DNA of 63,469 nucleotides, filler included, from Choristocarpus tenellus KU-1152 (lineage: Eukaryota > Protista > Phaeophyceae): assembly GCA_964200185.2 (NCBI GenBank). It is 8 parts of 8 records of this genome, joined end to end, with 100 filler letters (N's around TTAATTAATTAA, not from the genome) between each part and the next. Parts side by side here need not be neighbours in the genome. Positions count along the whole stretch, not along the records: positions 25,697 to 30,448 come from CAXNAD020013192.1; positions 30,549 to 43,511 come from CAXNAD020001634.1; 6 more parts are not named here. One strand, given 5' to 3'. The position numbers and the translations under genes were made by a program. The notes beneath the pieces were generated by a model. It was not told where the DNA came from. It did not search any database and worked only from the letters and a program-made list of their open reading frames with translations. Position 1 is the stretch's first letter, and each line of letters begins with the position of its first letter. Positions 27,106 through 38,400 of the stretch are shown here, piece after piece.

Positions 27106-27589
27106 TATATTTAAGAAACATGGTTGTGGTGGAAAATCTTGGTCGCCTTGGAAATCAATCAGAGAGATTTGTTGGATGAATTAGTCACCCACGCAGTAAG
27201 GGGGAGAGTCCGGTCTGAGCACATTTTTCCATGTCGCAAATTTTGGATGATTTGGTTGCGTGTGTTGGATGGATAATGTAAGTGCACTTTTCCTGGTCAT
27301 GGCCCAAATTGACACCCTGGTGTAGACCCCCCCTTCCCCCCCTCCAGATACTTTGGGCCCTTCGTTGAATAATACTTGTACAGGTATGCGTACAATCTGT
27401 TGTGCGGTTGCTGTGTGTAATTGGGTCATTGATACCAAATTTCCGACAAAAGTAGTCTGGCACCGAAGGGGGTCGAACCAGAAATTCATGTGGTGTCTTT
27501 AAAATGCTAAACCATGAGTGTGGAAAAGAGAATGCCTTGAATGTGAGTCGAACACCTGGCCTAACGAACTTCAATCGTACACTCTAACG

Positions 27590-28539
27590 ATCTGAGGTAT
27601 TCAGACGTTGATACTGATGGGGTACAATCACAATCAGCAGATCCCTAGGGAGGGAGGAGGCCCTATCCAACAGGTGTCCTGTGGCAGGGTGCAGGAGGTA
27701 AAATGTTGATACCGGACATGCCCGTACCTGCCCCAGGGCAGGGCGATAGGTATGACAGCACACTCGAATGGTGAAACGCCTACACCAACTATGCAAGGGG
27801 CTGGAGATCCTTTACACTATGGAGGATGCCAGCCCTTTCACAGTGGACAGGAATCTCCGCATGGATCTGGTGTTCCATGCAGGGGCGCTGGCGGATGCTG
27901 GAACAGCCCCCGACAGGGACAAAGGCCTTCTACTTGATGTCAAATTTGCAGAGGTCCAGGCAACCTCCCACCTAACCCACTCATCCACCAGCAATGATGT
28001 AGCTGCTGCTGCAGTGGAGGTGCGAAAGTGTACCCACTACGAGGGCTCCTTTGATCCCCATAGTAATGACCTCAACACCTTTGTGGTGGAAAGTTTTGGG
28101 CGCCTCAGCAAGCAAGCGGAATGCTTCCTGGATGAGCTGGCTACTCACATGGTAGGGGGGCGAGGGACTGGAGGTTATAGCAGGAAATGAGTAGTTATAT
28201 CCCGGCTACGCCAAATTGTCTCGGTAACTATGCAAGTGGCACTGTCCAGATGTGTCATGTGTTATAAGCTGGAATCACCAGGGAGATAGGCACGGAGGGG
28301 TTTATTGGATTCTTGTGATGCCTCCCTTGCTCCTCCCCCCGGGGCACAGGTATAGGTACATTGGAGACACAGGAAGGCAGTAGTACAATGTTGATAGTGG
28401 TGAAGTAACAAATAGATTAGTGTTTTTCACATTTATGATATTTTATTTCCTTAGGACTTATACTGATAATGTGTATAGTTTTAATTGGTTTTCCCCCTGA
28501 CACATCTGCAAAATGTCAAGGGGCATAATAATAAAAATA
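27590..28539 (+). mobile_element. Degenerate 3' portion of a CRE-like (restriction-like endonuclease) non-LTR retrotransposon
   Basis: One frame reads the zinc knuckle CPVAGC...H...C, then RMDLVF...LLLDV...AAAA...K..HY...FVVESFGRL (PD-(D/E)xK-type RLE pattern), then IVSVTMQVALSR. In-frame stops interrupt it. The 3' UTR ends in the hairpin ccctgacacatctgcaaaatgtcaagggg and ataataataaaaata. Confidence 0.85.
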
Positions 28540-29424
28540 GGGTATATGTATGGAAACATTTTTTTTGACAAAACTATATTGGACTAGGTTTTTACTACTT
28601 CATCATCGACCACAAAATGATGCATATTCTTAAAATTGAGTTCTCCAAATAGTTCAGTCTAATACAATGTTGGCAGTCGCCTCCTGCATCAACTTTGTGC
28701 TCGCATAACCTTTGACCAACATTTTTTTTCATGAAAAATCGTTTGCTGTAATCGCACCAGCATGCTTAACCTTATTTGATGGGTCTCGGTTGGTCAACTT
28801 GCTGTAATCGTGAGAAATACAGAGCTATACTTAAATCAAGTAGTCCACGCGCGAACCGCGCATGTAAGGATGATTTTGACACCAGAAGAGGCCATCTTCA
28901 CCCGGAGAACATGGGTGTTGTTGTCTCTCCATTCTCTTTCCATTATTTTACGTTTATGCGATGTTGTCATCTGCTGACTAAGGCCCACTCATGGGGGTCC
29001 AGGCCTCTGAACCAGACAATCCATGCCAAGTCAAATGAGGTATTCTGAATCTGCAGGCCTCCTGAGATACTTAAATGTCTTGTACACCCTGTCCAATTTG
29101 GTGCACTCCATGCCTTTCTCGTTCGAATATATCAGGTGGTAAGCAATATTCATCCTGAAGAACCCCTCAACAATTACCCTGGACAGCCCCCCTTCCTCCT
29201 TAAGACTGACAGGAATGTTGGCTCTCATTCCAGGTAATGTGTAGTCACAGTGACCTGTACATAGTGCTTCGCCCACCTCCAGACCATCTCTATCGGGTTC
29301 AATTCACAGTGCCTTGTGAGGGGCAGGTGACAACTCTGATCTCATTATGTATCACGATATCCTGTGAGTGGCTTAAACCATATGAAGCCGAGGTCCGCCC
29401 ACGTACCGTTTTAGCGGTTACGAA

Positions 29425-29729
29425 TCTCGATTTTTTTGAAAATGTTGGCCAACGAGTTAATGGACGATCAGCATATCAAGTGTAAGCTGTGGATCTAGGC
29501 TATCGATTTACTCAACAGAGTTCTTTCGCAAAAATACTTTTGGTCGTGATAATTCATTCCGAAACATTTTCGAGGTTGTGCCGAAAATATTCGGTTAAAA
29601 TTTAACCATACCAAAATAATTTTGCGAAAGAATTCCTTTCCATAAATCGATAGCTTCGATCAAGAGCTTTCATTCGATATGCTGATCGCCATTTAACTCG
29701 TTGGCCAACCTTTTTCGAAAAAATCAAGA
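29425..29729. mobile_element. Foldback (palindromic) non-autonomous element
   Basis: Two ~148-bp imperfect inverted arms around a ~9-nt loop at 29573-29581, e.g. gttggccaacgagttaatggacgatcagcatatc / gatatgctgatcgccatttaactcgttggccaac. Confidence 0.85.
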
Positions 29730-29978
29730 CCAGTCTGATCCTAGAGGTGACTGCTAACACTATATAATCGAACAGCTCAAGTCAATTAATTCCTCTCATC
29801 ACTCAAGTGTGACCTGATTTCGCAGCATTTTCGGGATTTTACACTCCCAAATGTCTCATTTTCTCACCATCATTATTTCATTATTTTTTTATTTAACACC
29901 AGATTTTGGAATCCTATCCTTCAACCCTTTGTCATCACCATGTTTTGTGGTACCTTCGAAATCCGAAAGATATTTCTT

Positions 29979-30235
29979 GAGTCAAACCAATTGAGAGGTA
30001 GGCAGTATTGGATCCCTTAGCATTCTGAGAAATCTTTCTTACACTGTGTAATACACTATTTAATCGATTTATTTTCACAATAGTGCTCGCAAAATTGATA
30101 TTCCCCCTTTCCACACACAAAGTGACACCCCAATCAAGCAAAGGCTCTTTCTGGAATTGTACAAAATGACTTATTTTTCTCCTTTTTTCTCGGGATCCAT
30201 AAAATGCAACGTTGCCTACCTCTCGGTTTGGACTC
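29979..30235. mobile_element. MITE family E (GAG...CTC ends)
   Basis: Inverted ends gagtcaaaccaattgagaggtaggc..ggatccc / gggatcc..gcctacctctcggtttggactc. A related end lies at ~32392. Confidence 0.6.
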
Positions 30236-31349
30236 TTTGTGAGCTATTGCCCTCCCCACTCCTTCGAGATTATTTATTGTGTTCTATATAATAGGTCCCT
30301 AGAGAAACGGTTGGATCCTCAAGGAGTTGGGTGTTAGTCACACAGGGGAGGAGAGGAGGGGGGGAGTCACAACTCTTTGCGTCTTCTCGCCCCAGGGAGC
30401 TTATTCTGTTGAAGTCAAGGTAGGTGTGACCCAAAGTATCTGGGGGGGNNNNNNNNNNNNNNNNNNNNNNNNNNNNNNNNNNNNNNNNNNNNTTAATTAA
30501 TTAANNNNNNNNNNNNNNNNNNNNNNNNNNNNNNNNNNNNNNNNNNNNCAAAATTAATATATAACAGCAACCCACCCCCTGGCCCATTACAGAGTGTTCC
30601 TGCTTCTTTGCTGTCTTTGATAGTGCAAAAGAAATAAATTTCTACATGACGTCAAAAGCCCCCCTAGAGTCATGAAACCATAGAATATATGGGTATGACC
30701 ACGAGCCATTACATTAAAATTGCCTCTCTGTTGTCCTTAACAGATATGAAAAATTCCTGGTCAAAACTACGATGGAGCGAAAGAGACATGAACTCACAGT
30801 GGCTCTTCAGGTAGATAAAGAGTACTGAGTTAGATTATCAAGAGGAAGTTACTTCAAGTCATGCATCCAACAGTGGCATTAAGAAGAGGTTGTGAGTGTG
30901 CTCTTGTTTAAAAAAAAATAGGGGTGCAAGGCATGAAATATTTGTGGAATCGGATTTGAAGAGGAAGGAAGGGAACCTTTGCACTGGATATTCAAGAAGG
31001 ATGATGAAAGGGAAAAAATCACATAGCAAGGTACACGTGAAGATTACCATAAACAAAATACATGGTGAAGAATATATACATTGCGAAAAAGAATAATGTC
31101 TCAGCAAGAGAGCGATGATAAATCGATGAGGTGATACATGTAGGACAGTAGCAAAACAAATAGAATCCTTCAGATGCGGTAAACCTTCTAGATATGATAA
31201 AAAAGAAAAGAAAAAAAAGATCCCACATAAACTTTAGAAAAAACAAATATCCATGTCCCCAACTTGAACCAAACACCTTCAACTTGAAACTCACTGCCTT
31301 CATTCATTGCCCACCCCCACTCCCTCACAATCTAATATTATATGTAGCA

Positions 31350-31500
31350 ATAACAACCACAAAATGTAATAATAATGACAACCACAATCACAAAAAAGAT
31401 AACAATAACCATAACCAAAGAAATAATAATAAAATAACAATAACAATAATAATAACAATATTCAAAAAAATAATAAGGAATTAACAATACTAATAATATC
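31350..31500. repeat. Degenerate (AAT/AAC)n microsatellite
   Basis: Visible aataac/aataat-rich tract. Confidence 0.7.
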
Positions 31501-32298
31501 GTTAGTTGCAACTCTCATTGCACCGTTTGCAACAATGTTGCATGATCCCTGTCACCATAGTGTCCACAATTCCACGAATTTCTGTCATCTACCCTGCCTC
31601 CTCGAATACCCACTTCACTAACACCATTCAAACACGCTCCCAACCCATGAACAGACGGCTGCAAGGGCGGCGGCAGCAAGAATATTCCTTGCCAAGGCCA
31701 AGGACGCTCTTGCCAAGATGCAGCAGGCCCTGGTGAAGAGGAGAATATTGGCAAAGAGGATCCGGGAGAGGTGATTTTGCTTTGGACAGTTGTTGCTACA
31801 AAGGTTGAGCCATGCTGATTGAAGGTCGAAAGTATGGAAAGGTCACAGAGTAGAAGGGAGAAGGTGAAAGAGCAGGAGTGTGGCTCAACTCCTGTTTGGC
31901 GATGGAAAGCTTGGTTCAGCATTGTGATGATAGATTGCGAACATCCATCATTGTGCACGCCTACGTATCCACACTCCTGATAGAGATGCTACAAATTGAA
32001 CACATTTGCTGCCGTAGAATTGATGTCTTGCAAACCCCGCATTTCTGCAAATCAATTACCGATGGTTGGCCAAAGTGGTACACGAGAGGGATGCAGGGTT
32101 GAATTTAAGGGATGCTGACAAATACGAGCAAAATTCGCCACCTTGTACAAATGCGTAAAGGGATTTGTTTATTTTTCTTCTGTATTTTCCAGGACATTTT
32201 CAAACAAAGAAAAATCAAGTACTCCTCAGGTCAATCTTAGCCATTAGTCTATGGGAAGAAGGTTGAATTGAAAATGAAAAAGAGAGTGACTGAGAATT

Positions 32299-32402
32299 CT
32301 AAACCCTAAACCTGACCCTGACCCTGACCCTAACCCTTAACCTAACCCTAACCCTGACCCTGACCCTGACCCTGATCCTGACCCTAACCCTGAGCCTAAA
32401 CC
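32299..32402. repeat. Interstitial telomere-like repeats (CCCTAA/CCCTGA)n
   Basis: About 100 bp of mixed ccctaa and ccctga hexamers. Confidence 0.85.
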
Positions 32403-35400
32403 AAACCGACCGAGAGGTAGGCGGTGTTGCGTCTCAAGGACCAAGTGAAAGATAAAGGAAATTGCCATCTTGTACTATTTATAGTATCGTGCGTACAAAA
32501 GGATGTGTAATCTCCCACCGCCCTTCTGTATCCTGCTTGGCAGAGCCTACGACAAGATGGCTACATTGTCCATATTTTCTTCTAAAGTCACCTCTCTCTA
32601 TATATATATATCTCTCTTCGTGTGTATGTGACGTGGCATCACCGCTGGTCCCACTGCCTCTACCCTTGTCTGTCCGAGATGTAGGTCTCTTGCGGCTGCA
32701 CTGCAGCATAAGAAGATGCAGTCGGCCATCATTATTCAGGTAGGGGAAGGTACCGGTGTGGTGACGAAGACTGCTTGGGGGTTCTGTTTGAGCTCCGTTG
32801 GTAGTTGGACAAGTGTGAGATGATCCTTTTGTTTGGTGTAAATGGAGCATGGATGGAAGGCGGTTGGTGAAGAGACGTTATCCAGCACGGGGTACTCCAG
32901 AGCATTTCTTGGGTGCCATAATCTGGACTCCAGTTTTGAATAGTGGTGTGTGTATGAATTTGCAAATGGCGTTGAAAATGAACTGGCGCAGCACCTGTTG
33001 ATTATTATCACTGCCGGGCACCAAAGTAGGAACGCAGAGAGAGGCGATTGATATGGGGAGCTTGTGTGGTGTGCATACCCCTCAAGCTCAAAGCAGTGTG
33101 TAAGGTGTTTCAATCATCAACACCATTACAGGCATCCCTGGAAAGCGTCAACTGTCAGGGTATATTTTTGTATTTGTTTATTTGTTTTGAATGTTTTCTT
33201 CTTGAGGAGTATTTCGCTCGGAATATGCTTCGGCGGTCTGATCCCTCTTTCTCTTTTTTTGTATGTTGTTTTCTGCTGAGTCATTGCTTGTCATTATTAT
33301 ACGGTCATGCTTTTGGTCATCTTCCTATCTCTTAGGTTTATAAGTTTCTGTTTTTTTTCACATTATCGTTTTTGTAGTTTTCCTTCATTTGTACGGACGA
33401 ACTTTAGAGCATCTATTATGTCTGGAATTCTTTGATATATTTTTCTTCGTTGGTTCCAAATTTCCCGTCAACCCTCTGTTGCTTGGCCGATACATACCCA
33501 AAGAGAAGGGGCTCTTCTTTACAACAAGACTGTGTTGTTGTTCTTGGTTTCACTCCGTGAGTCGTTCGATTTTCCTGTTCAACTTATGTTGGTCCCGATG
33601 TCTTCCTTCTCCCATTTGCATGTCTTGTTGTACATGCGGTACTGTGGTACATACACACATTCACATACACAGAAAAAGAACACATTGGACGAATTGACTG
33701 GGGCAGTTGAAGTCAGCGACCTTCCTTTGGCAAGAGGCACGTCTCTCTTAAGCAACGGTGCTGCCCCTCTCAGTGAGGTATGATATTCTGTGTGCAGAGA
33801 TTTCTTTATTCTCAGAATACGAGATGTTAGGTCGTTCTGGTAGAATAGGCCTACATTGAAGTGATAATGTCCATATTATAGGCTTACCACCTCATTGCTG
33901 ATGTGCTCGGGTTACTGGATGAGCTCACAAATGAGAATAGTTTATTTCACTTGGGTTTATTGCGTCAGTTCTTGAATCCGAGGTTGAGCGTTGGACATAG
34001 AATTCCTCACTTCAAGGCCAAGGTCGTGGAGGGAAAGACTATCTTGTAAGTTTGACAGTTGTTTTAGAGACATTCTAGAATGAGTAGAAATTTCGAAACG
34101 TGCAACTTGTTAAGTAGGACAACATAATGTCATTGTGAAAGAAAAAAATGAGGTCGAAATGAATTTCCGTTTATTAGTGACCTCAGCCTATCTGTCAGGA
34201 AAGGTTTATCAAAGTACTCAGTCTCAGGTCACTAATAAAAGGTAAGAACCTTCAAGTATGTAAGCACTAGCTCAACAGGAAACAGCACACAGCTCCGCTG
34301 AAATAGCAAGTATTTTATCGTTCCATTTTTCGACCTGGAAAGAAGCATCAGCATACATCTTCCCTTGTCTTTATGACCCTCTTGTGAACATATTTGAATG
34401 CCATGAGATGTAGTGTTGAAGATACAGGAGACGGATGGCTGCCGAGAAATAGGAGATCGGAAATGGAGGGAATAGGGGGTGGGAAATGAACTTTGTAGTT
34501 TTATTGGACCTTTTGTCTTGCATTGTAGCTAGTAGTAATTGACGTGTATCATGAGGACTCAGATAGCACAAACTATCTTGACACAGACGTTTGAATGCTT
34601 CGCCAAGGACTGCACCATGGCCATCTTGAATACTTGCTCGTACAAAGAGCTTCATTGTTTTGATACTACTTGAAGCAAAGTCCAAGTGCCAGTATCAGGA
34701 GGAACAATGATGATGTAGCAGGTCGCAACAAGGACTGTGTGCTTTGTTTGTCACACAAGCAGTCCCTGCTCTCCCGACAGAGTATTGCTGTTGATACCAT
34801 GCAGCAGTAGGCGCTCTAAACTTTGGCGAAATTAAAATGTAGAGGTCCCAAAAATTGACCTGTTCTGTTCCTACATCTCCTTAACGAATTGAATTGGAAA
34901 TGTTGCGGGGAGAGGGAAGGTTGTGGCTTTCTAAAAAGAACTACTGGTAGAAGCTTGTCCCACCTGCCTGGATGAAAGCCAAGTTTATGTAGGCTTGAAC
35001 TGGCTGAGAAGGAGTAGGAAGGCACTCTTGGAGCTCGGTCTCCTATTTTGAATAATTTTTTCAGCATTCTCTACTTGATTTGGGAGGGGACAGGACTCTT
35101 CTACGCTTACGGCATCACCACAAGATAGACAAATCTCACGTCATACTCACCCTCTACCTCCTAATCATAGCCCTCAAATACACCCTTGACGACAACCCTT
35201 CACTTCCACTGCACTAATCTCGTTGCATGATTTTCCCCTGCGGTGTGCTGCCCTAACACGTACCAATTATTTTCCCCAACCTTAGTATTTTCTTGAGTAA
35301 GCGACAATCTGTTGCACTGATAATTCTTTCCTCCTCGGGAATAATGCCCTCCCCACCGTTTCCCCACCCTCCCAAACCTTTCCCAAACGAGGGTCCCATT

Positions 35401-35498
35401 CTTACCACCAGTAGCACACCTTACCATACTCAAATGACAAGAAGCATACAATAACTGAGGTTAAAACCTGACTCAAACTTGCGCGCATAATGTTCTAG

Positions 35499-38400
35499 GC
35501 CAAGTCAGTCACCAAGGTGTCAAGAACGTCAGAGAGATTAAAGGTCGACAAGAACGTCAAGCAGACCCGACGACAAGCCTCCAAGAAGAAGAAGGTTCAG
35601 TCTGAGGCAGAGGAGGCCATGAGAGTTAGACTTGAAATCTTCAAGAAGGGGGAGGCCTCAAGGATATCTGAGGTGAAGAAGAGAGGTGAGGCTAGAAGGG
35701 AGATGGAGCGCAGGCAGAGGGATCAGCAAATAGAGGAGGAGGAAGCCGTGAGGGGTCATGTCCTTGAACGTTTAGAGAAGAAGGTGATGGAGGAAGGGAA
35801 GAAAAAGGAGGAGGAAACTGAGAGGCGCGAGATGACCCGGAAGAGGGAGGATGCGAGAGTGAGGGGAGAAGACGTGGCGCTACTTGAGAAAGAAAAGGAG
35901 GAGGAGGAGAAGGAGGAGATAGTAAGGGCGGAGATGGCGACAAGGCCGGTGAAGGAGAAGAGGGGCAGGTGAGAAGGACGAGCTGAAAGGGGGTGAAATG
36001 TCAACTGGAGGCACAGAACGTCGTGAGTACGGCCTAGTACCTTTGGATTCCTTATTCTCCCGTCCAGTCACCACCGGAGTCTCCATGCGGCAGAGACTCC
36101 ACCATACCACTGCCGGTCGATTTTGATCACAATTTCAACCAAAAACCTGATGTCAACAAGGTCTACCTTTGGGATTTTTGTTTTTCTGGACCGTCCCGTT
36201 CCAACTCTCGTCTGAATTCATACCTCATGTGACATATGTGATGAATGCCAATCTGTCAACTCCTTCCTCCTGACACATTCTGAACCAGGTGGGTGCACCA
36301 CAATGACCGCTCGATGGTGGGTTTTCTTAATCCAAGAGGTGCCAATCGGTGTTACGTCAATGCCATCCTGCAGGTGGGCCTTGGTATGTACTCAATAGAC
36401 CTGCTTCATTGCATACCTTCTCTCTGAGGAGCAGAGATGGAGTACAGGGGTGCAGCCACCAATTTGAACAGTGATATGCCGCAGAGCATCGCTGTGATGC
36501 TGTGTGTACCCCTACGACTAGGATGCCTTCTTCAGGCACCCCTTTCTCTATGACCTACACTCCCAGAGCCTGCTATTCTGCTGTATATGGACAATACCCC
36601 CTACCTTTGATCTTCAGACCTTGTATTGCTCGATAAATGAACTCCTTGAAGCAGCATCTTGGCCCTGCCAACATACACTTGACAGTACATTGGAGGTCTT
36701 CCAATATTTTTGTTTGAAATACCTTTTTTGCTCCGAGTTTCATGGTTGATGTAAATCAATGCGCACCAACTAATCTCTTGGTGCAGTGCGTTTACGTAGG
36801 ATTCTAAGCCGGGGAAGCCAGCCCTTTGTCGAGAAATATTATTGCAACACTATCACTGTAGAGAAGTCCCCCATATACCTGAGGACATGCGAGATGAAAG
36901 TTGCATGCGCACCAGCACTCTGAATTTCATTGTTGTGGTTTACGATATGGGGCTGTTACATGCCCTCTCCGGATGAGCATGACTTGCCTACCAAATGTAT
37001 CCCTATTCCATCGCGCCAAGAGGCTGAGTTTCTCTCCAAGTTGATGTAAAACCAAATGCATGTAGTTCTTGCCGCCAACCCTCAGGGATGCACAATGAGG
37101 CCCCAATTGTTCAATGATCCCGCTGCACATCTCTTCGATTTACTACACTAGAAGTAGAACAGACAAGATAGGGGTACAAAACGTTGGAGCGCTAGATATT
37201 GTCTTATAATAAATCTAAATGTGTTGAGCTTTTTCGACAAAGACCACTTCTTCTCGCATCCAACCTGAAGACCCTGATTGCCTAGGATTACCCATGAACC
37301 CTAACGTTGGTCCAGGCCTTCTTTTCTTCGGGAGACCTAATGGATGTCATTCTGAACGAGGGCCTCATGAAGGCCATGAAGCAAACTCATCAAGGTACAG
37401 CCCCTGTATCCAATCCGCCTTGGCGGGGTCACTTGGTGGCCCATGCAATTCAAGTAGGTTGGTTTATATCTCCTGTTTGAGTAATGCTGTTCCAAATCTA
37501 TGATCATACTGTACTGAGAGGATTGGGTGTGAGACTGGACCATGAGACATAAATCCGTCTACCCGTACTGCTATTGACCTGGGCCCTGGGCCCTGTCTGT
37601 TAGTGATGCAATCGGTACAGACATTTCCCAGGTGGGCTGGGGAAGCCTCTCTTGATCGTGCTGTTATATAGTCAGGAGTAATAGTGGTACCTTACACTAG
37701 CAAGTGCACAAAATATTGTTTTGTCTTAGCCTTCCTGCATCTCCTTGTCTATAAGAGAAGATGCATCCCTTGCCACCAACAATCAACAATGCGATTCCTG
37801 CCGTACATAGGGCCTAAGCTTGTGGTCTGCCACTGACGTGCTGCGCATGTCCCATGGTTTTGCAAATTTTACTCAAAACTATCCAGAGGATGCCACTGCC
37901 TACCGCATCCTGAAGGAGCTGGCAATGGCTGTATGTGGAGGCGTGGTTAGGCCATTGAATTCATTCACACTCCTGAAAAAATTCCCGTAAGTGCTTCCCT
38001 GCCCCGAGTGTGGGAAATTTACGTGATGCAGCCAATCTCATGGCTTGGGGAGTACAAGGGTGCTCCCTTCCTTAGCAACAAAGCTCTTTGGTACTTGATG
38101 GAAACTTGCACTGTATGCCATTATTAATATGCCGTACTCTCATTGATTAACGAGAGCGGGTGTGTGGAAGAGATGTTGGATTATTAGTCTCTCGGGGTCC
38201 AAGCAGGGCAAGCGACTCCCCCCTCCCATCAGTGCCATAGGTTACCTTCATCTTGTAACCAACCCTATCTTACCCTATGGTTTACCATTGACTGCAACAT
38301 CAAGGTGTGCCTCCTTGCTGTGATCAAGTGTTAGGGTTAGCTAGTTAGCTTGGGGCACCGCTGCACGTAGGACATTACTGTCACCTCCTCTGTGTGGTCC

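Noticed and set aside
33700-33790. HDV-like ribozyme candidate (gggcag...ctgccc)
   Set aside because: The helix order does not fit the nested double pseudoknot: P1 3' does not follow P3.
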